Positions 1-11,594 are shown, numbered from the stretch's first letter. The stretch: DNA of 64,000 nt from Vulcanimicrobiota bacterium (GCA_963733295.1 CAVTCS010000005.1:64001-128000); one strand, 5' to 3'. Notes: generated by a model from the sequence alone, not told the origin. Translations and numbers: made by a program.

Positions 1-1178
1 TGGCGGCGGTAAGCGACCCGGCGAATCTCCCGCCACGAGCGAAACAGAACTACCTGATCTCGTGGATGGAGATCGCTTGGTTTGCGAGCGATGCCGCAAC
101 CTGGTCGCGCTTTGCATCGGATCTCATCGAGCTCGTCCCCGCGCTTCCGCCCTTTCTTGGACTGATGGCGCTGTATGCGACGGTACTGAGCGGCGCGTCC
201 CTGGGGGAGCGACGGGTCATCGATCGAGCGCTCGCGCTCGCCGGGCGCATCGCCTCGAAGCGCACTTTCCAATCGATGCGCGTCTACGGTGCAGCGGTGC
301 GCGCGATGGACGAATACCTGCGCGGACGCCTGGAGGAAGCGCGCCGATTTGTCGTGGAAGCGCTTAGCGATACGGAGGCCGCCGTCTCGCAGATGGCGCT
401 CGCTTTGTCGGCGCCGCTCATCGCCTCTGCGCTCGACGACCCGACGCTGATGACGGAAGGGCTCGAAACGGTCGTCGCCGATGCGCGCCGGAGCGCTTCG
501 TCACCCGACGATGCCGCGATTCTTTCTGCGTCCGCCGCATGGTCGGCAAGTCGCGGTGCACTCGCTTTGGCACGTTCGGACCTTCGACTCGCGCTTGCGT
601 GTCTGCCGCATGCACTTCCGTACAGCGGCATTCCGTTCGTGGTCGCGGCCGAACACTTCGATCTCTCCCAGCTAGAGCAGCTCGAGCCCTTGTTGGATGC
701 GGAGATGCCCGCGGACGCCCGCGCCGGCCGCTCCCACGCTTTGCTCGCGCGAGCGATCCTCGCCGGGCGAAAAGGAGAACGCGTCCGCGCGCTCGCTTTA
801 GCCGAAGAGGCGGCTGCCGGTTATCGCTCGCTGGACTGGCCGCTCTTCGAGGCGCGCGCGCTCGAGTTGGCCGAGCGAGTCGACGAGGCGCGACGAATCT
901 ACGAGCGCTGCGGCGCACGTGCTGCCTTGAACCGCTTAACGCCAGCGCCCGCGAAAGCCGCGGATACGTTGCCCAGCCTGTCGAGTCGCGAGCGCGACGT
1001 CGTCGAGCTCGTAGCTCGAGGACTCTCGAACGCCGCGATCGCCGAAGACCTCTCGCTCAGCGTCAAGACGGTCGAGAAACACATCGCCGCGGCATTCACC
1101 AAGCTGGGCGTGCGTTCGCGCGCCCAGCTCGCAACGGCTTACACGCGCGGCGCGTTGAAGGCTGAGGAAACGGGTTGA
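1..1178 (+). CDS. LuxR-family HTH transcriptional regulator, 5'-partial (frame is open to the window edge)
   Basis: C-terminal LSSRERDVVELVARGLSNAAIAEDLSLSVKTVEKHIAAAFTKLGVRSRAQL is a LuxR HTH. The N-terminal part is helical and Ala/Leu-rich. Confidence 0.85.
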   Translation, partial: AAVSDPANLPPRAKQNYLISWMEIAWFASDAATWSRFASDLIELVPALPPFLGLMALYATVLSGASLGERRVIDRALALAGRIASKRTFQSMRVYGAAVRAMDEYLRGRLEEARRFVVEALSDTEAAVSQMALALSAPLIASALDDPTLMTEGLETVVADARRSASSPDDAAILSASAAWSASRGALALARSDLRLALACLPHALPYSGIPFVVAAEHFDLSQLEQLEPLLDAEMPADARAGRSHALLARAILAGRKGERVRALALAEEAAAGYRSLDWPLFEARALELAERVDEARRIYERCGARAALNRLTPAPAKAADTLPSLSSRERDVVELVARGLSNAAIAEDLSLSVKTVEKHIAAAFTKLGVRSRAQLATAYTRGALKAEETG

Positions 1179-1179
1179 G

Positions 1180-2100
1180 TTAGAGCGCTGCGCTCGCGAC
1201 GACCGAAGTCGCCTCTTGCGCCAGCTTGCTGTGCCGCTTTTTGCGATCCATCAAGCGCAGGACCATCGGGGTCAAGATCAACTGCATCGCTAGATCCATC
1301 TTCCCGCCGGGACACACGATCGTGTTGGGACGCGACATCATCGAATCGTGCAGCATCGAGAGCAGGTACGGAAAATCGACGCCGGCCGGCTGCCGAAAGC
1401 GGATCACGAGCATGCTCTCGTCGAGCGTCGGAATGGCACGCGCGATGAACGGGTTCGAGGTGTCGACGATCGGAACGCGCTGGAAATTCACGTCGGTTTT
1501 CGAAAACTGCGGACAGATGTAGTTCACGTAATCCGGCATGCGTCGCAGAATGGTGTCCACGATCGCCTCATGGGAGTGTCCGCGCGCAGTCTTGTCGCGA
1601 TGGAGCTTTTGAATCCATTCGAGATTGATCGACGGCACAACGCCGACGCACTGATCGACGTGCTGCGCGACGTCGACCGAGTCGCCGACCACCGCGCCGT
1701 GCAAGCCTTCGTAGAAGAGGAGATCCGTATCGGTGGCGAGTTGCTCCCAAGGAGTAAACGTGCCGGGCTCTTGCCCGAACGGTGCGGCATCGCGTTCGTC
1801 GTGAAGGTACCTCCGGCATCGGCCGGTTCCGGTCTGCGCGTAGTCGCGAAAGAGTTGCTCGAGCTCCTCGAAGAGATTGGCCTCAGGGCCGAAGTGGCTG
1901 AAGGCGTGTTCGCCGCGCGCATGGGCTTGCGCGATCTCGTGACGCATCTCAGCCCGGTCGTAGCGATGAAAGGCGTCACCCTCGACGACGGCGTGGGTGA
2001 TTCCCTCGCGCCGGAAGATTTGCTCGAAGGTTGCGCGGACGGTCGTAGTGCCGGATCCCGAAGAACCGGTTACTGCAATGATAGGGTGCTGAGCGGACAT
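1180..2100 (-). CDS. prk: Phosphoribulokinase (Calvin cycle, CbbP/proteobacterial type)
   Basis: HPIIAVTGSSGSGTTT Walker A, EGDAFHRYDR, DLLFYEGLHG, NLEWIQKLHRD, FQRVPIVDTSNPFIAR. Confidence 0.95.
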   Translation of the reverse strand: MSAQHPIIAVTGSSGSGTTTVRATFEQIFRREGITHAVVEGDAFHRYDRAEMRHEIAQAHARGEHAFSHFGPEANLFEELEQLFRDYAQTGTGRCRRYLHDERDAAPFGQEPGTFTPWEQLATDTDLLFYEGLHGAVVGDSVDVAQHVDQCVGVVPSINLEWIQKLHRDKTARGHSHEAIVDTILRRMPDYVNYICPQFSKTDVNFQRVPIVDTSNPFIARAIPTLDESMLVIRFRQPAGVDFPYLLSMLHDSMMSRPNTIVCPGGKMDLAMQLILTPMVLRLMDRKKRHSKLAQEATSVVASAAL

Positions 2101-2158
2101 AACGGCGTGCCTTCCTTAGTGTCAGGCCGGCGCATCGCCAAAGGAGGCGGTGGCCGGG

Positions 2159-2187
2159 ATTATGCCACGCCAATAGTTAACAGTCAA
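2159..2187 (-). promoter_or_regulatory. sigma70-type promoter of prk
   Basis: On the minus strand TTGACT (2187-2182), a 17-nt spacer, then CATAAT (2164-2159) preceded by TGn (extended -10). It sits in an AT-rich patch of a GC-rich genome. Confidence 0.75.
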
Positions 2188-2207
2188 ATACATTTTTACG
2201 GTGGATT

Positions 2208-2225
2208 CATAAGTTCTAGCTTATG
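2208..2225. promoter_or_regulatory. Inverted repeat, putative CbbR/LysR binding site upstream of prk
   Basis: CATAAG-TTCTAG-CTTATG contains TAA-N8-TTA, matching the TNA-N7/8-TNA CbbR consensus. It is centred about 65 nt upstream of the inferred transcription start. Confidence 0.6.
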
Positions 2226-2266
2226 CCACTGCTCCGCCCGCTCCGGAACGCGCTGAGCGGCGGGTT

Positions 2267-3937
2267 TTAGGCGATCGTCAGCGGGCGGTAGCGGATGCGA
2301 TGTGGGCGAGCGGCTTCTTCGCCGAGCCGCTCGACCTTGTTGGCTTCGTACTCTTGATAGTTGCCCTCGAAGAAAAAGACGCGCGAATCGCCTTCGAACG
2401 AGATGATGTGCGTCGCGATCCGGTCGAGAAACCAGCGGTCGTGACTGACGACCATGACCGTCCCCGCATACTCGTGGAGCGCGTCTTCCAGCGCGCGCAG
2501 CGTTTCGACGTCGAGATCGTTCGAAGGCTCGTCCAGCAGCAGAACGTTTGCGCCGCTCAGGAGCGTCTTCGCCAGGTGCAGGCGCCCGCGTTCGCCGCCC
2601 GAGAGCGAGCCGACGATTTTCTGCTGATCGCCGCCCTTGAAGTTGAACCGCCCTAGATACGCACGCGTCGGCATTTCGAACTTCCCGACCATCACGAGGT
2701 CGAGACCGCCGCTCAAGTCTTCGAAGACGGTCTTCGCGTTGTCGAGATCCTCGCGCGTTTGATCGACGAGCGCGAGCTTGACGGTCGAACCGACGCGAAC
2801 TTCTCCGGCATCGGGTTTCTCTTTGCCGGCGATCATGCGGAACAACGTCGTCTTGCCGGCGCCGTTCGGTCCGATGATTCCGACGATCGCGCCGGCCGGA
2901 ATCTGGAAGCTGACGTCGTCCATGAGAAGCCGCTCGCCGTACGCCTTGCGTACGTTCGAGAATTCGATCACCTGATCGCCGAGCCGTTCCGCTACCGGGA
3001 TGAAGATGTCTTGCGTTTCGTTGCGCTTTTGGTACTCGTAATCGGAAAGCTCGTGGAAGCGCGCGATGCGGCTCTTGCTCTTGGACTGACGGCCCTTCGC
3101 ACCCGAACGAATCCACTCGAGCTCGCGCTTGAGCGCCCTTTGGCGTGACGATTCCGCCGCTTCCTCTTGCGCTAAACGCTCTTGCTTCTGATCGAGCCAG
3201 GAGCTGTAGTTGCCCTTCCAGGGGATGCCTCGACCCCGATCGAGTTCGAGAATCCATTCGGCCGCGTTGTCGAGGAAGTAGCGGTCGTGCGTGATCGCGA
3301 CGACGGTACCCGGGAAGCGTTGCAAGAACTGCTCGAGCCAGCCAACGCTCTCCGCGTCGAGATGATTCGTTGGTTCGTCGAGGAGCAGCATGTCCGGCTT
3401 CGAGAGCAACAAGCGACAGAGCGCGACGCGCCGCTTCTCGCCGCCGGAAAGGACCGAGACCCGCGCGTCCCAAGGTGGCAAGCGCAAAGCGTCACCGGCA
3501 ACTTCGAGCTGCTGCTCGAGCGCATCGCCGTCTTGCGCGAACAGGATCGCTTCGAGCTTCGCTTGCTCGGCGGCGAGCGCATCGAAATCTGCCTCGGGGT
3601 CGCCGTACTTCGCGTAGACCGCATCGAGCTTGCGACGCGTTTCGAAGAGTTCGCTGAGCGCTTCCTCGACGGTTTCCCGGACCGTCTTGTCGGCGTCGAG
3701 CTTCGGCTCTTGCTCTAAGTACCCGATGCTGAGGTTTGGAAGCGGCTTCGCCTCCCCTTCGATTTCCGCGTCGACCCCGGCCATGATGCGCAGGAGCGTC
3801 GATTTCCCCGAGCCGTTGAGCCCGAGGATTCCGATCTTCGCGCCGGGCAAAAAACTGAGAGAAATGTCTTTGAGGATCTGACGCTTCGGCGGGACAATCT
3901 TGCCGACGCGGTACATCGTGTAAACCGGGTTGCTCAC
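2267..3937 (-). CDS. ettA: Energy-dependent translational throttle protein EttA (ABC-F)
   Basis: VYTMYRVGKIVPPKRQILKDISLSFLPGAKIG, two ABC domains, C-terminal RPHRIRYRPL. GTG 3937 chosen by homology, with ATG 3949 as the alternative. Confidence 0.95.
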   Translation of the reverse strand: MSNPVYTMYRVGKIVPPKRQILKDISLSFLPGAKIGILGLNGSGKSTLLRIMAGVDAEIEGEAKPLPNLSIGYLEQEPKLDADKTVRETVEEALSELFETRRKLDAVYAKYGDPEADFDALAAEQAKLEAILFAQDGDALEQQLEVAGDALRLPPWDARVSVLSGGEKRRVALCRLLLSKPDMLLLDEPTNHLDAESVGWLEQFLQRFPGTVVAITHDRYFLDNAAEWILELDRGRGIPWKGNYSSWLDQKQERLAQEEAAESSRQRALKRELEWIRSGAKGRQSKSKSRIARFHELSDYEYQKRNETQDIFIPVAERLGDQVIEFSNVRKAYGERLLMDDVSFQIPAGAIVGIIGPNGAGKTTLFRMIAGKEKPDAGEVRVGSTVKLALVDQTREDLDNAKTVFEDLSGGLDLVMVGKFEMPTRAYLGRFNFKGGDQQKIVGSLSGGERGRLHLAKTLLSGANVLLLDEPSNDLDVETLRALEDALHEYAGTVMVVSHDRWFLDRIATHIISFEGDSRVFFFEGNYQEYEANKVERLGEEAARPHRIRYRPLTIA

Positions 3938-3996
3938 GAGCATTCCCATTCGCGGACCGCTGGGCTCACTCCGTGCGTTAAGGAGACCGAAATCCG

Positions 3997-5684
<1,688 letters not shown>

Positions 5685-5718
5685 TCACGAAACGACCGGG
5701 CCTGGAGGGACATCTCTC

Positions 5719-6123
5719 ATGTCGTTCATGGACAACATTTCCAAGGCGGTCAGCGGCCTGTTCGGCGGCGCGGGCGGCGCTGACGCCGGAACCGCGGCGC
5801 AGAACCTCGCAGGTCATCTCAACTCGATGGATCCTGCGACGCTCGGCACGTTCGGTCAGCAGCTTTTGAACACGTTCACGTCGCACCCAGGTTATCCAGG
5901 CGACGGAACTCAAGCGGCGGCCGCGGCCGGAACGACCCCCGAAGCGGTTGCATCAGGCGCGCCCGGCGCGATCGGATCGCTCATCTCCTACGCGCAACAG
6001 AATCCGCAGGTGATGCAGGCGTGCATGACGGCTTTCCAAGAGAAGAATCCGGCAGCGCTCGCGCAGTTCGCACCCGGCTTAATGCAACACCTCACCGGCA
6101 AGCCTCCCGAGGGGACGGCCTAG
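5719..6123 (+). CDS. Hypothetical Gly/Ala-rich helical protein
   Basis: GGAGG RBS before ATG 5719. Coding-like composition and fills the eno-ndk gap. Confidence 0.65.
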   Translation: MSFMDNISKAVSGLFGGAGGADAGTAAQNLAGHLNSMDPATLGTFGQQLLNTFTSHPGYPGDGTQAAAAAGTTPEAVASGAPGAIGSLISYAQQNPQVMQACMTAFQEKNPAALAQFAPGLMQHLTGKPPEGTA

Positions 6124-6579
6124 CTACTCGACGAGCCAGCGTTCCTGGCCGTGCGGACGCGCGTGGATTTCGTGTGGCTCGAACCAAATCGCGATCTCGC
6201 GCTTCGCACTCTCGGGCGAATCGCTGGCGTGCACGAGATTCCGTCCAATCGTTTGACCGAAATCGCCGCGAACCGTGCCCGGCGCGGCTTTGATCGGATC
6301 GGTCGCGCCGTTGGTGGTCCGGCAAGCCTCGATCGCACCCGCGCCCTCGACGACGAGCGCCACGATCGGCGCGCTCGCGAGAAACTCGACGAGACCGCCG
6401 AAAAACCGCTTGCCTTCATGTTCGGCGTAGTGTCGTTTCGCTCGCGCTTCATCCACGACCATCAGTTTTAGCGCGGCAATCGTGTAACCGCGGCGCTCGT
6501 AGCGCGCCAAGATCTCGCCGACGAGCCCACGCGCGACCGCATCCGCCTTGCAGAGAACCAGGGTTTGTTCGTTTGCCAT
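6124..6579 (-). CDS. ndk: Nucleoside diphosphate kinase
   Basis: EQTLVLCKADAVARGLVGEI, HYAEHEGKRFF, PGTVRGDFG, NLVHASDS. Confidence 0.95.
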   Translation of the reverse strand: MANEQTLVLCKADAVARGLVGEILARYERRGYTIAALKLMVVDEARAKRHYAEHEGKRFFGGLVEFLASAPIVALVVEGAGAIEACRTTNGATDPIKAAPGTVRGDFGQTIGRNLVHASDSPESAKREIAIWFEPHEIHARPHGQERWLVE

Positions 6580-6624
6580 AGCGCCCCGTAGGTACGCGCT
6601 GCCGCTCGATGAAGCCTGTGGGCG

Positions 6625-7356
6625 ATGTTTGTCGTCCGCTCCGTCGCCGAGACCGGCAGCACCAACGACGATGCCGCGAAGCTGCTGGGCGAAGCAGAAG
6701 GCGCCGGACTCGTGTTCGTCGCCGACTACCAGAGCGCGGGACACGGGCGGCGCGCGCGCGACTGGATCGCGCCGCGCGGTGCCGCGCTGCTCTTTACGGC
6801 GATCCTTCCCGGCGTGCTCTCGGCCAAGGCGCTCTGGGCACTCCCCTTTTGGACCGGGCTCGGCGTGGCCGACGGCATTGAAGCGGCGACCGGCTTGCGC
6901 GTCGCGCTGCAGTGGCCGAACGACCTCTTGCTCGAGGGTCGCAAGTGTTGCGGCATCCTGTGCATCTCGCGCGTGGCCGGAGCGGAAGCTTGGGCCGGGT
7001 GCGGCGTCGGCCTCAACGTCGTCCGGCCCGAGCGCGATGCGGCTCTCGAAGGCATCGTTCCACCGCCCGCGTTTCTCTCGGAGTTCGCACCGCACCCGGA
7101 GCGCGAAACGATTCTCGATGCAATTCTCTCATCGTTCCAGCGGCGAATGCCCGAACTGGCGAACCCGCAGCAGGTCGCTCGCGCCTGGGAACGGCGGACG
7201 AATCTCGCCGGGACGCCCTACCGTATTCTCATCGACGGCAGCTCCGATCCGATCGACGCCGTAGCGCTGCGCTTGGGCGACGAAGGCGCGCTTGTGGTCG
7301 ACGACGGGCAGGCGACCCGCAACATCGCGCTCGCCGACGCGCGCGTCGTGCGTTAG
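6625..7356 (+). CDS. birA: Biotin--[acetyl-CoA-carboxylase] ligase (no N-terminal HTH)
   Basis: ETGSTNDDA, QSAGHGRRARDW, LQWPNDLLLEGRKCCGIL, GVGLNV. Confidence 0.9.
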   Translation: MFVVRSVAETGSTNDDAAKLLGEAEGAGLVFVADYQSAGHGRRARDWIAPRGAALLFTAILPGVLSAKALWALPFWTGLGVADGIEAATGLRVALQWPNDLLLEGRKCCGILCISRVAGAEAWAGCGVGLNVVRPERDAALEGIVPPPAFLSEFAPHPERETILDAILSSFQRRMPELANPQQVARAWERRTNLAGTPYRILIDGSSDPIDAVALRLGDEGALVVDDGQATRNIALADARVVR

Positions 7357-7883
7357 CGGCTTGCGCGAATGCGCTTTTCGCAGGTCTCGCAGAAGTGCGA
7401 GCGCTTGTTGTCGGTATCGTAGATCGAGTTCGAGAAATACATGGCGCAACGCGCGTCGAAGCAATGTTTGAGGCCGAGGGCGTGACCGAGGTCGTGGACC
7501 GCTTCCTTCAGCGTGCGTTGGAAAAGGAGGTTGTCGTCGTTCTTTTCACCGTAGAAGTCGTTGCGCAAGCGGTGCAACGAGACGATCGCGACGCGGTGTT
7601 CCTCGCTCGCATCGCCGAAGACGAACTGGTGCGAAATCTTGTAGAGGTCGAAATCCGTGATAGCCAGGCGCAAGCCGTCGAGCGGTTGCGTCGCTGAGAC
7701 CACCCGGCTTATGAGCGTATTAAGGAACATCTGCTTGCGTACGCCGTTGAGCGCCGAGCGCGGGACGCGCAGCGTGCCCTCGACGGTACACGTAAACAGG
7801 AAACGTTCCTCAAGACAGAGCGCGAGGCGCGACAAAAAGTCCGACTCGATCGTATTGATCGGAACGATCCCGATTTGACCCAC
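7353..7883 (-). CDS. Archaemetzincin-family (M54) Zn metalloprotease, HD variant
   Basis: DLY...FVFG, KEAVHDLGHALGLKHC..RCAMYFSNS..DTDNK..FCETC. Confidence 0.85.
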   Translation of the reverse strand: MGQIGIVPINTIESDFLSRLALCLEERFLFTCTVEGTLRVPRSALNGVRKQMFLNTLISRVVSATQPLDGLRLAITDFDLYKISHQFVFGDASEEHRVAIVSLHRLRNDFYGEKNDDNLLFQRTLKEAVHDLGHALGLKHCFDARCAMYFSNSIYDTDNKRSHFCETCEKRIRASR

Positions 7884-7988
7884 CTACCGCACCTACCAGA
7901 CGTGCATGGAGAATTGAGGCTATGTTTGCCTCTCCTGCACTGGAAACCTCGTAGAGAAAATGCGGCGCCCGGCCGCGAAAGGCGCGCT

Positions 7989-8354
7989 ATGATCGTAGGA
8001 ATCGGAACGGACCTCGCCGAGGTCGAGCGCTACCGCTTCGACGAGTCCGCGCTGGCCAGGTTCGCGCGGAAAGTCTATACGGAAGAAGAGATGAGTTACG
8101 CCTTGCGCAAACGTCATTGGGCCGAACGCCTCGCGGGCTTCTTCGCTGCGAAGGAGGCCACGCGCAAAGCCTTCGGATTCGCGATTCCGTGGCGCGAAGT
8201 CGGCGTTTCGCACGAGCGCAGCGGTAAACCGGTCCTCCGTTTCTACGGAGCGGCGAGTGCGTTGCTCGAACGGCGCGGCGTCACGCGCACGCACCTCACG
8301 ATCACCCACACCGCGACGATGGCGGCGGCCTTCGTGATCCTCGAGCGCGATTAG
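7989..8354 (+). CDS. acpS: Holo-ACP synthase
   Basis: MIVGIGTDLAEVER, AGFFAAKEATRKAFG, HLTITH. Confidence 0.92.
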   Translation: MIVGIGTDLAEVERYRFDESALARFARKVYTEEEMSYALRKRHWAERLAGFFAAKEATRKAFGFAIPWREVGVSHERSGKPVLRFYGAASALLERRGVTRTHLTITHTATMAAAFVILERD

Positions 8355-9880
8355 TGCGCGTCCTCACTGCTCCCCAGATGCGCGAAGCCGACGCGCGCGG
8401 CGTCCGGCGCGAGGGCGAGATCGCGCTGATGCGCGCCGCCGGGCGCGCGCTGGCCGAGGCAATCGAGTTGCTCGCGCCACGCGCCGAGCGCGTCGTTGCC
8501 TTCGCCGGTCCGGGTAACAACGGCGGCGATGCGTTCGCCGCCTTTGCCGAGCTCGACCGCAAGCGCAAGCGCGTAGTCTACGCTGCCCAGGCGCCGCATC
8601 CAAGCGAGGCACGCAGCGACGCCGAAGGTCGCGCGCGCGCGGCCGGCGTCGAAGTACGCCCGCTCCCGGTCGAACGCGGCGCTGCCGACAAAGCGCTTTC
8701 ACGCGCCGGGCTCGCGCTCGATGCACTGCTCGGAACCGGCTCGCGCGCGGAGCCGGCAGCGGAGTTATTCGCCGCAATCGACGCGCTGAGCGCGGGCGAG
8801 GCGTACGTGCTGGCGGTCGACTTGCCCACCGGAGTCGATGCGACGACCGGAGCGGTGAGCCAGCACACCGTGCGCGCCGACGCGACCGTAACGCTCGGTG
8901 CGCTCAAGGCGGGTCTGTTGCTGCTGCCGGCGCGCGAATTTGCCGGCGCGCTCTTCGTCGGCGAGATCGGGCTCGAAGCCGAAATCGAGTCGCTCGAGGA
9001 TCTGCGCTACTACACGTTCGACGATCTCGAGTTTCTCAACAAGCTGCCGGTGCGAGCGGCGGCCTCGGACAAACGCGCTTCGGGAGCGCCGCTCGTAATC
9101 GCCGGCTCGCGGCAGTTCCCCGGCGCGGCCGTGCTGTGCGCGCTTGGAGCGGCCCGGGCCGGCGCCGGTTACGTCACCGTCGCCACACCGAGCGAAGCGG
9201 CGCCTGCGCTGCGCGCGCATCTGCTCGAGCAAGTGGTCGTCGAGTACTCAGCCGACGACGTGCCGGGCGCAATCGAAGAGCTGAGCGCCTTGACGAATCA
9301 CTGCAGCTCGGTCGCGATCGGTCCCGGCCTCGGGCTCGACGATGCAACCGGTGCGATCGTGCGCGGCTTCGTCGAGCGGTGCAAGCTTCCGATCGTGGGA
9401 GACGCCGGCGCGCTCTTTCACTTTGCCAAGAATTTGGAAATGCTGCGCGGCAAGCGCTGCGTGCTGACGCCGCACGAAGGCGAGTTCGCGCGACTTTCCG
9501 GAAAAGGTAGCGTGAGCGCGGGCACGCGCGCCGAACGGCTCCGCGAGTTCGTCGCGCGCACCGGCATCACGACGCTGCTCAAAGGCGACGCGACGCTGGT
9601 CGACGACGGGCGCTGGACTTACATCAACCCGACCGGCACGAACGCGCTGGCGACTGCGGGCACGGGCGACGTTTTGACGGGTATCACCGGCACGCTCCTC
9701 TCGCAGGGTCTCTCGCCACTCGATGCAGCCGCGACGGCCGCATACTGGCACGGCCTTGCCGGGCAGATGGCGCACGAGATCCGTCGCGTCGGCGTCATCG
9801 CGGGCGACCTGACTAAAGTGCTCGCCGCGGCGCTACCGGAGCCCGCTCTGGCGGCCAAGCGGCTCGTGCGCATTCGCTGA
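8354..9880 (+). CDS. nnr: Bifunctional NAD(P)H-hydrate epimerase/dehydratase
   Basis: GPGNNGGDA, DALLGTG, VDLPTG, LTPHEGEFARL, LATAGTGDVLTG. Confidence 0.93.
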   Translation: MRVLTAPQMREADARGVRREGEIALMRAAGRALAEAIELLAPRAERVVAFAGPGNNGGDAFAAFAELDRKRKRVVYAAQAPHPSEARSDAEGRARAAGVEVRPLPVERGAADKALSRAGLALDALLGTGSRAEPAAELFAAIDALSAGEAYVLAVDLPTGVDATTGAVSQHTVRADATVTLGALKAGLLLLPAREFAGALFVGEIGLEAEIESLEDLRYYTFDDLEFLNKLPVRAAASDKRASGAPLVIAGSRQFPGAAVLCALGAARAGAGYVTVATPSEAAPALRAHLLEQVVVEYSADDVPGAIEELSALTNHCSSVAIGPGLGLDDATGAIVRGFVERCKLPIVGDAGALFHFAKNLEMLRGKRCVLTPHEGEFARLSGKGSVSAGTRAERLREFVARTGITTLLKGDATLVDDGRWTYINPTGTNALATAGTGDVLTGITGTLLSQGLSPLDAAATAAYWHGLAGQMAHEIRRVGVIAGDLTKVLAAALPEPALAAKRLVRIR

Positions 9881-9918
9881 GGGCATGGGTCGCGGGGCAA
9901 ATCCACGAACCTGGCCGG

Positions 9919-10191
9919 ATGCCGATGACGCATGATGAGATCGATCAGCTCGTGCCGGGCAAGGACTACCAATTCGTCACGATTCTCGGCGGAAGCGACT
10001 ACCCGGTCGGTGGTCGCGCAACGCTCGTGGAGGTCACCGGCGACGCGATCTCGCTGAAGATGGAATTCGTGCCTGCCGGCGGCGTCGACTGCGAATGGTC
10101 GCTCAAAGACGTTCTCGTTCCCAAGAACAAGATGCAGTGGATGCGCAGGATGACGACCGGGCCGCCGCCGCGCGCACCAAAAATGCCGTGA
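9919..10191 (+). CDS. Hypothetical small beta-rich protein
   Basis: 90-aa ORF with coding-like codon usage in an intergenic gap. Confidence 0.6.
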   Translation: MPMTHDEIDQLVPGKDYQFVTILGGSDYPVGGRATLVEVTGDAISLKMEFVPAGGVDCEWSLKDVLVPKNKMQWMRRMTTGPPPRAPKMP

Positions 10192-10271
10192 GACCTCCAA
10201 CGTTTGGGCCGCTTGCCGCATCTACTTCTTGACGGTGCCCGGTAAAGGCCGGACGGATAGAGGAGACGGCG

Positions 10272-10838
10272 TTGGAGATTCCATCAGCGCAAGTAAGCGC
10301 AGCACGAGCCGGCGACCCCGAAGCGACCGCCGAGCTCCTCCGGCTAGCGTGGCCCGACGCATATCGGATCGCCTGGTCGATACTTCAAGAACGCACCGCA
10401 GCTGAGGACGCCGCGCAGGACGCGTGCGCACGCGTCTTGAGCGCGATCCGAAGCCTGCGGCGTCCCGAGCGCTTTGCACCGTGGTTTTACCGGATCGTCG
10501 TGAACGAGTCGAAACGCAGGCTTCGAAGCACTGCTCGCGACGTATCCGTCGAGTTCGGCACCGATCGCCGAAACGAGCCTTCCACCCATGAAGAGTCGGC
10601 GCTCGCCGGTCGCATCGACGTTCGCAGGGCGATAGAATCGCTCGATCCGGATCTTCGCGTCGCGATCGTCTTGCGGTACTACCTCGCCTTGAGCAGCACC
10701 GAGATCGCCGGCGTCGTTGGCGCGTCCCCTATCACGGTTCGCTGGCGCCTCATGATCGCTCGCCGGCGGTTGCGAGTTCTGCTCGACGAACCTCACTCGT
10801 TCTCGAACTTCCAGCCGGAAGTGAAAGGAATACGTTGA
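10272..10838 (+). CDS. ECF-type RNA polymerase sigma factor
   Basis: AEDAAQDA...FAPWFYRIVVN (region 2) and LDPDLRVAIVLRYYLALSSTEIA...TVRWRL (region 4). GAGGAG RBS. Confidence 0.9.
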   Translation: MEIPSAQVSAARAGDPEATAELLRLAWPDAYRIAWSILQERTAAEDAAQDACARVLSAIRSLRRPERFAPWFYRIVVNESKRRLRSTARDVSVEFGTDRRNEPSTHEESALAGRIDVRRAIESLDPDLRVAIVLRYYLALSSTEIAGVVGASPITVRWRLMIARRRLRVLLDEPHSFSNFQPEVKGIR

Positions 10839-11587
10839 TGAACCTCAGACTGCCCGCTGACGACGTTCGAGCCCTTGCGACGCAGTACGCCGAGACGATC
10901 CCGGTGCCCGAGTTCGATTTGAGAGCCGTTCAGTCTCGGCGCCGAGACGAGAGCGGTCGCGAGCCGTCACGTTCGGCTCAGAAATGGACGCGAAGACAAG
11001 CCGTGGCAGCGGCCGTGGTCGCCGGAGCGTTGCTTGTAATCGGCACGAACGTCCCCGGCGTGGTCGCGCAGGTGCAGCGAATCATGCAATTCTTCACGAT
11101 CGTCAACGGCCAGGCGATACCGCTCAAGGTCGAAACGGTCAGTCTCCGGCAAGCCCAGAGCGACATGCCGTTCGAGGTAATTCCGCCCCCGTCGATTCGC
11201 GGGAATTTTCCGGAGACTATCCGCGAAATATACTCAGCGCCCTCGCGCTCTGACGGACACCTCATGTTCGAGTATCCGATCGCGGGTCAGCAATTTGCGG
11301 TCACGATTATGGAAACGGGAGCAAACAGCGCCGCAAGCTCGCAGCCCTTCTACTTCACCGCCCGAGATGCCGGCACGGCGACGCAGCGGGTAGTACCGCC
11401 GCCGCCGCCCACACGGCAGGGCCCGGAACTGATCACGACCCGGCTCCCGGCAAGCGGCGCGAACGTCAGATTCAGATTCGAGCCCGTCAACTGGACGACG
11501 CGCGGGACGAACATCACGCTCGTCAGCCCCCCGGGTACCCTGACGGCGGATCAAATGAACGCGATTCGCGAGGCGATGTCGCACTAG
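10838..11587 (+). CDS. Putative single-pass membrane anti-sigma factor
   Basis: Coupled to the ECF gene (TGATG overlap). Short N-terminal domain, one hydrophobic helix (AVAAAVVAGALLVIG) and an extracytoplasmic C-terminus. Confidence 0.65.
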   Translation: MNLRLPADDVRALATQYAETIPVPEFDLRAVQSRRRDESGREPSRSAQKWTRRQAVAAAVVAGALLVIGTNVPGVVAQVQRIMQFFTIVNGQAIPLKVETVSLRQAQSDMPFEVIPPPSIRGNFPETIREIYSAPSRSDGHLMFEYPIAGQQFAVTIMETGANSAASSQPFYFTARDAGTATQRVVPPPPPTRQGPELITTRLPASGANVRFRFEPVNWTTRGTNITLVSPPGTLTADQMNAIREAMSH

Positions 11588-11594
11588 CGAGCGC

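Noticed and set aside
6580..7095. 323-aa extended ndk ORF
   Set aside because: The extension is antisense to birA. Ndk homology starts at ATG 6579.
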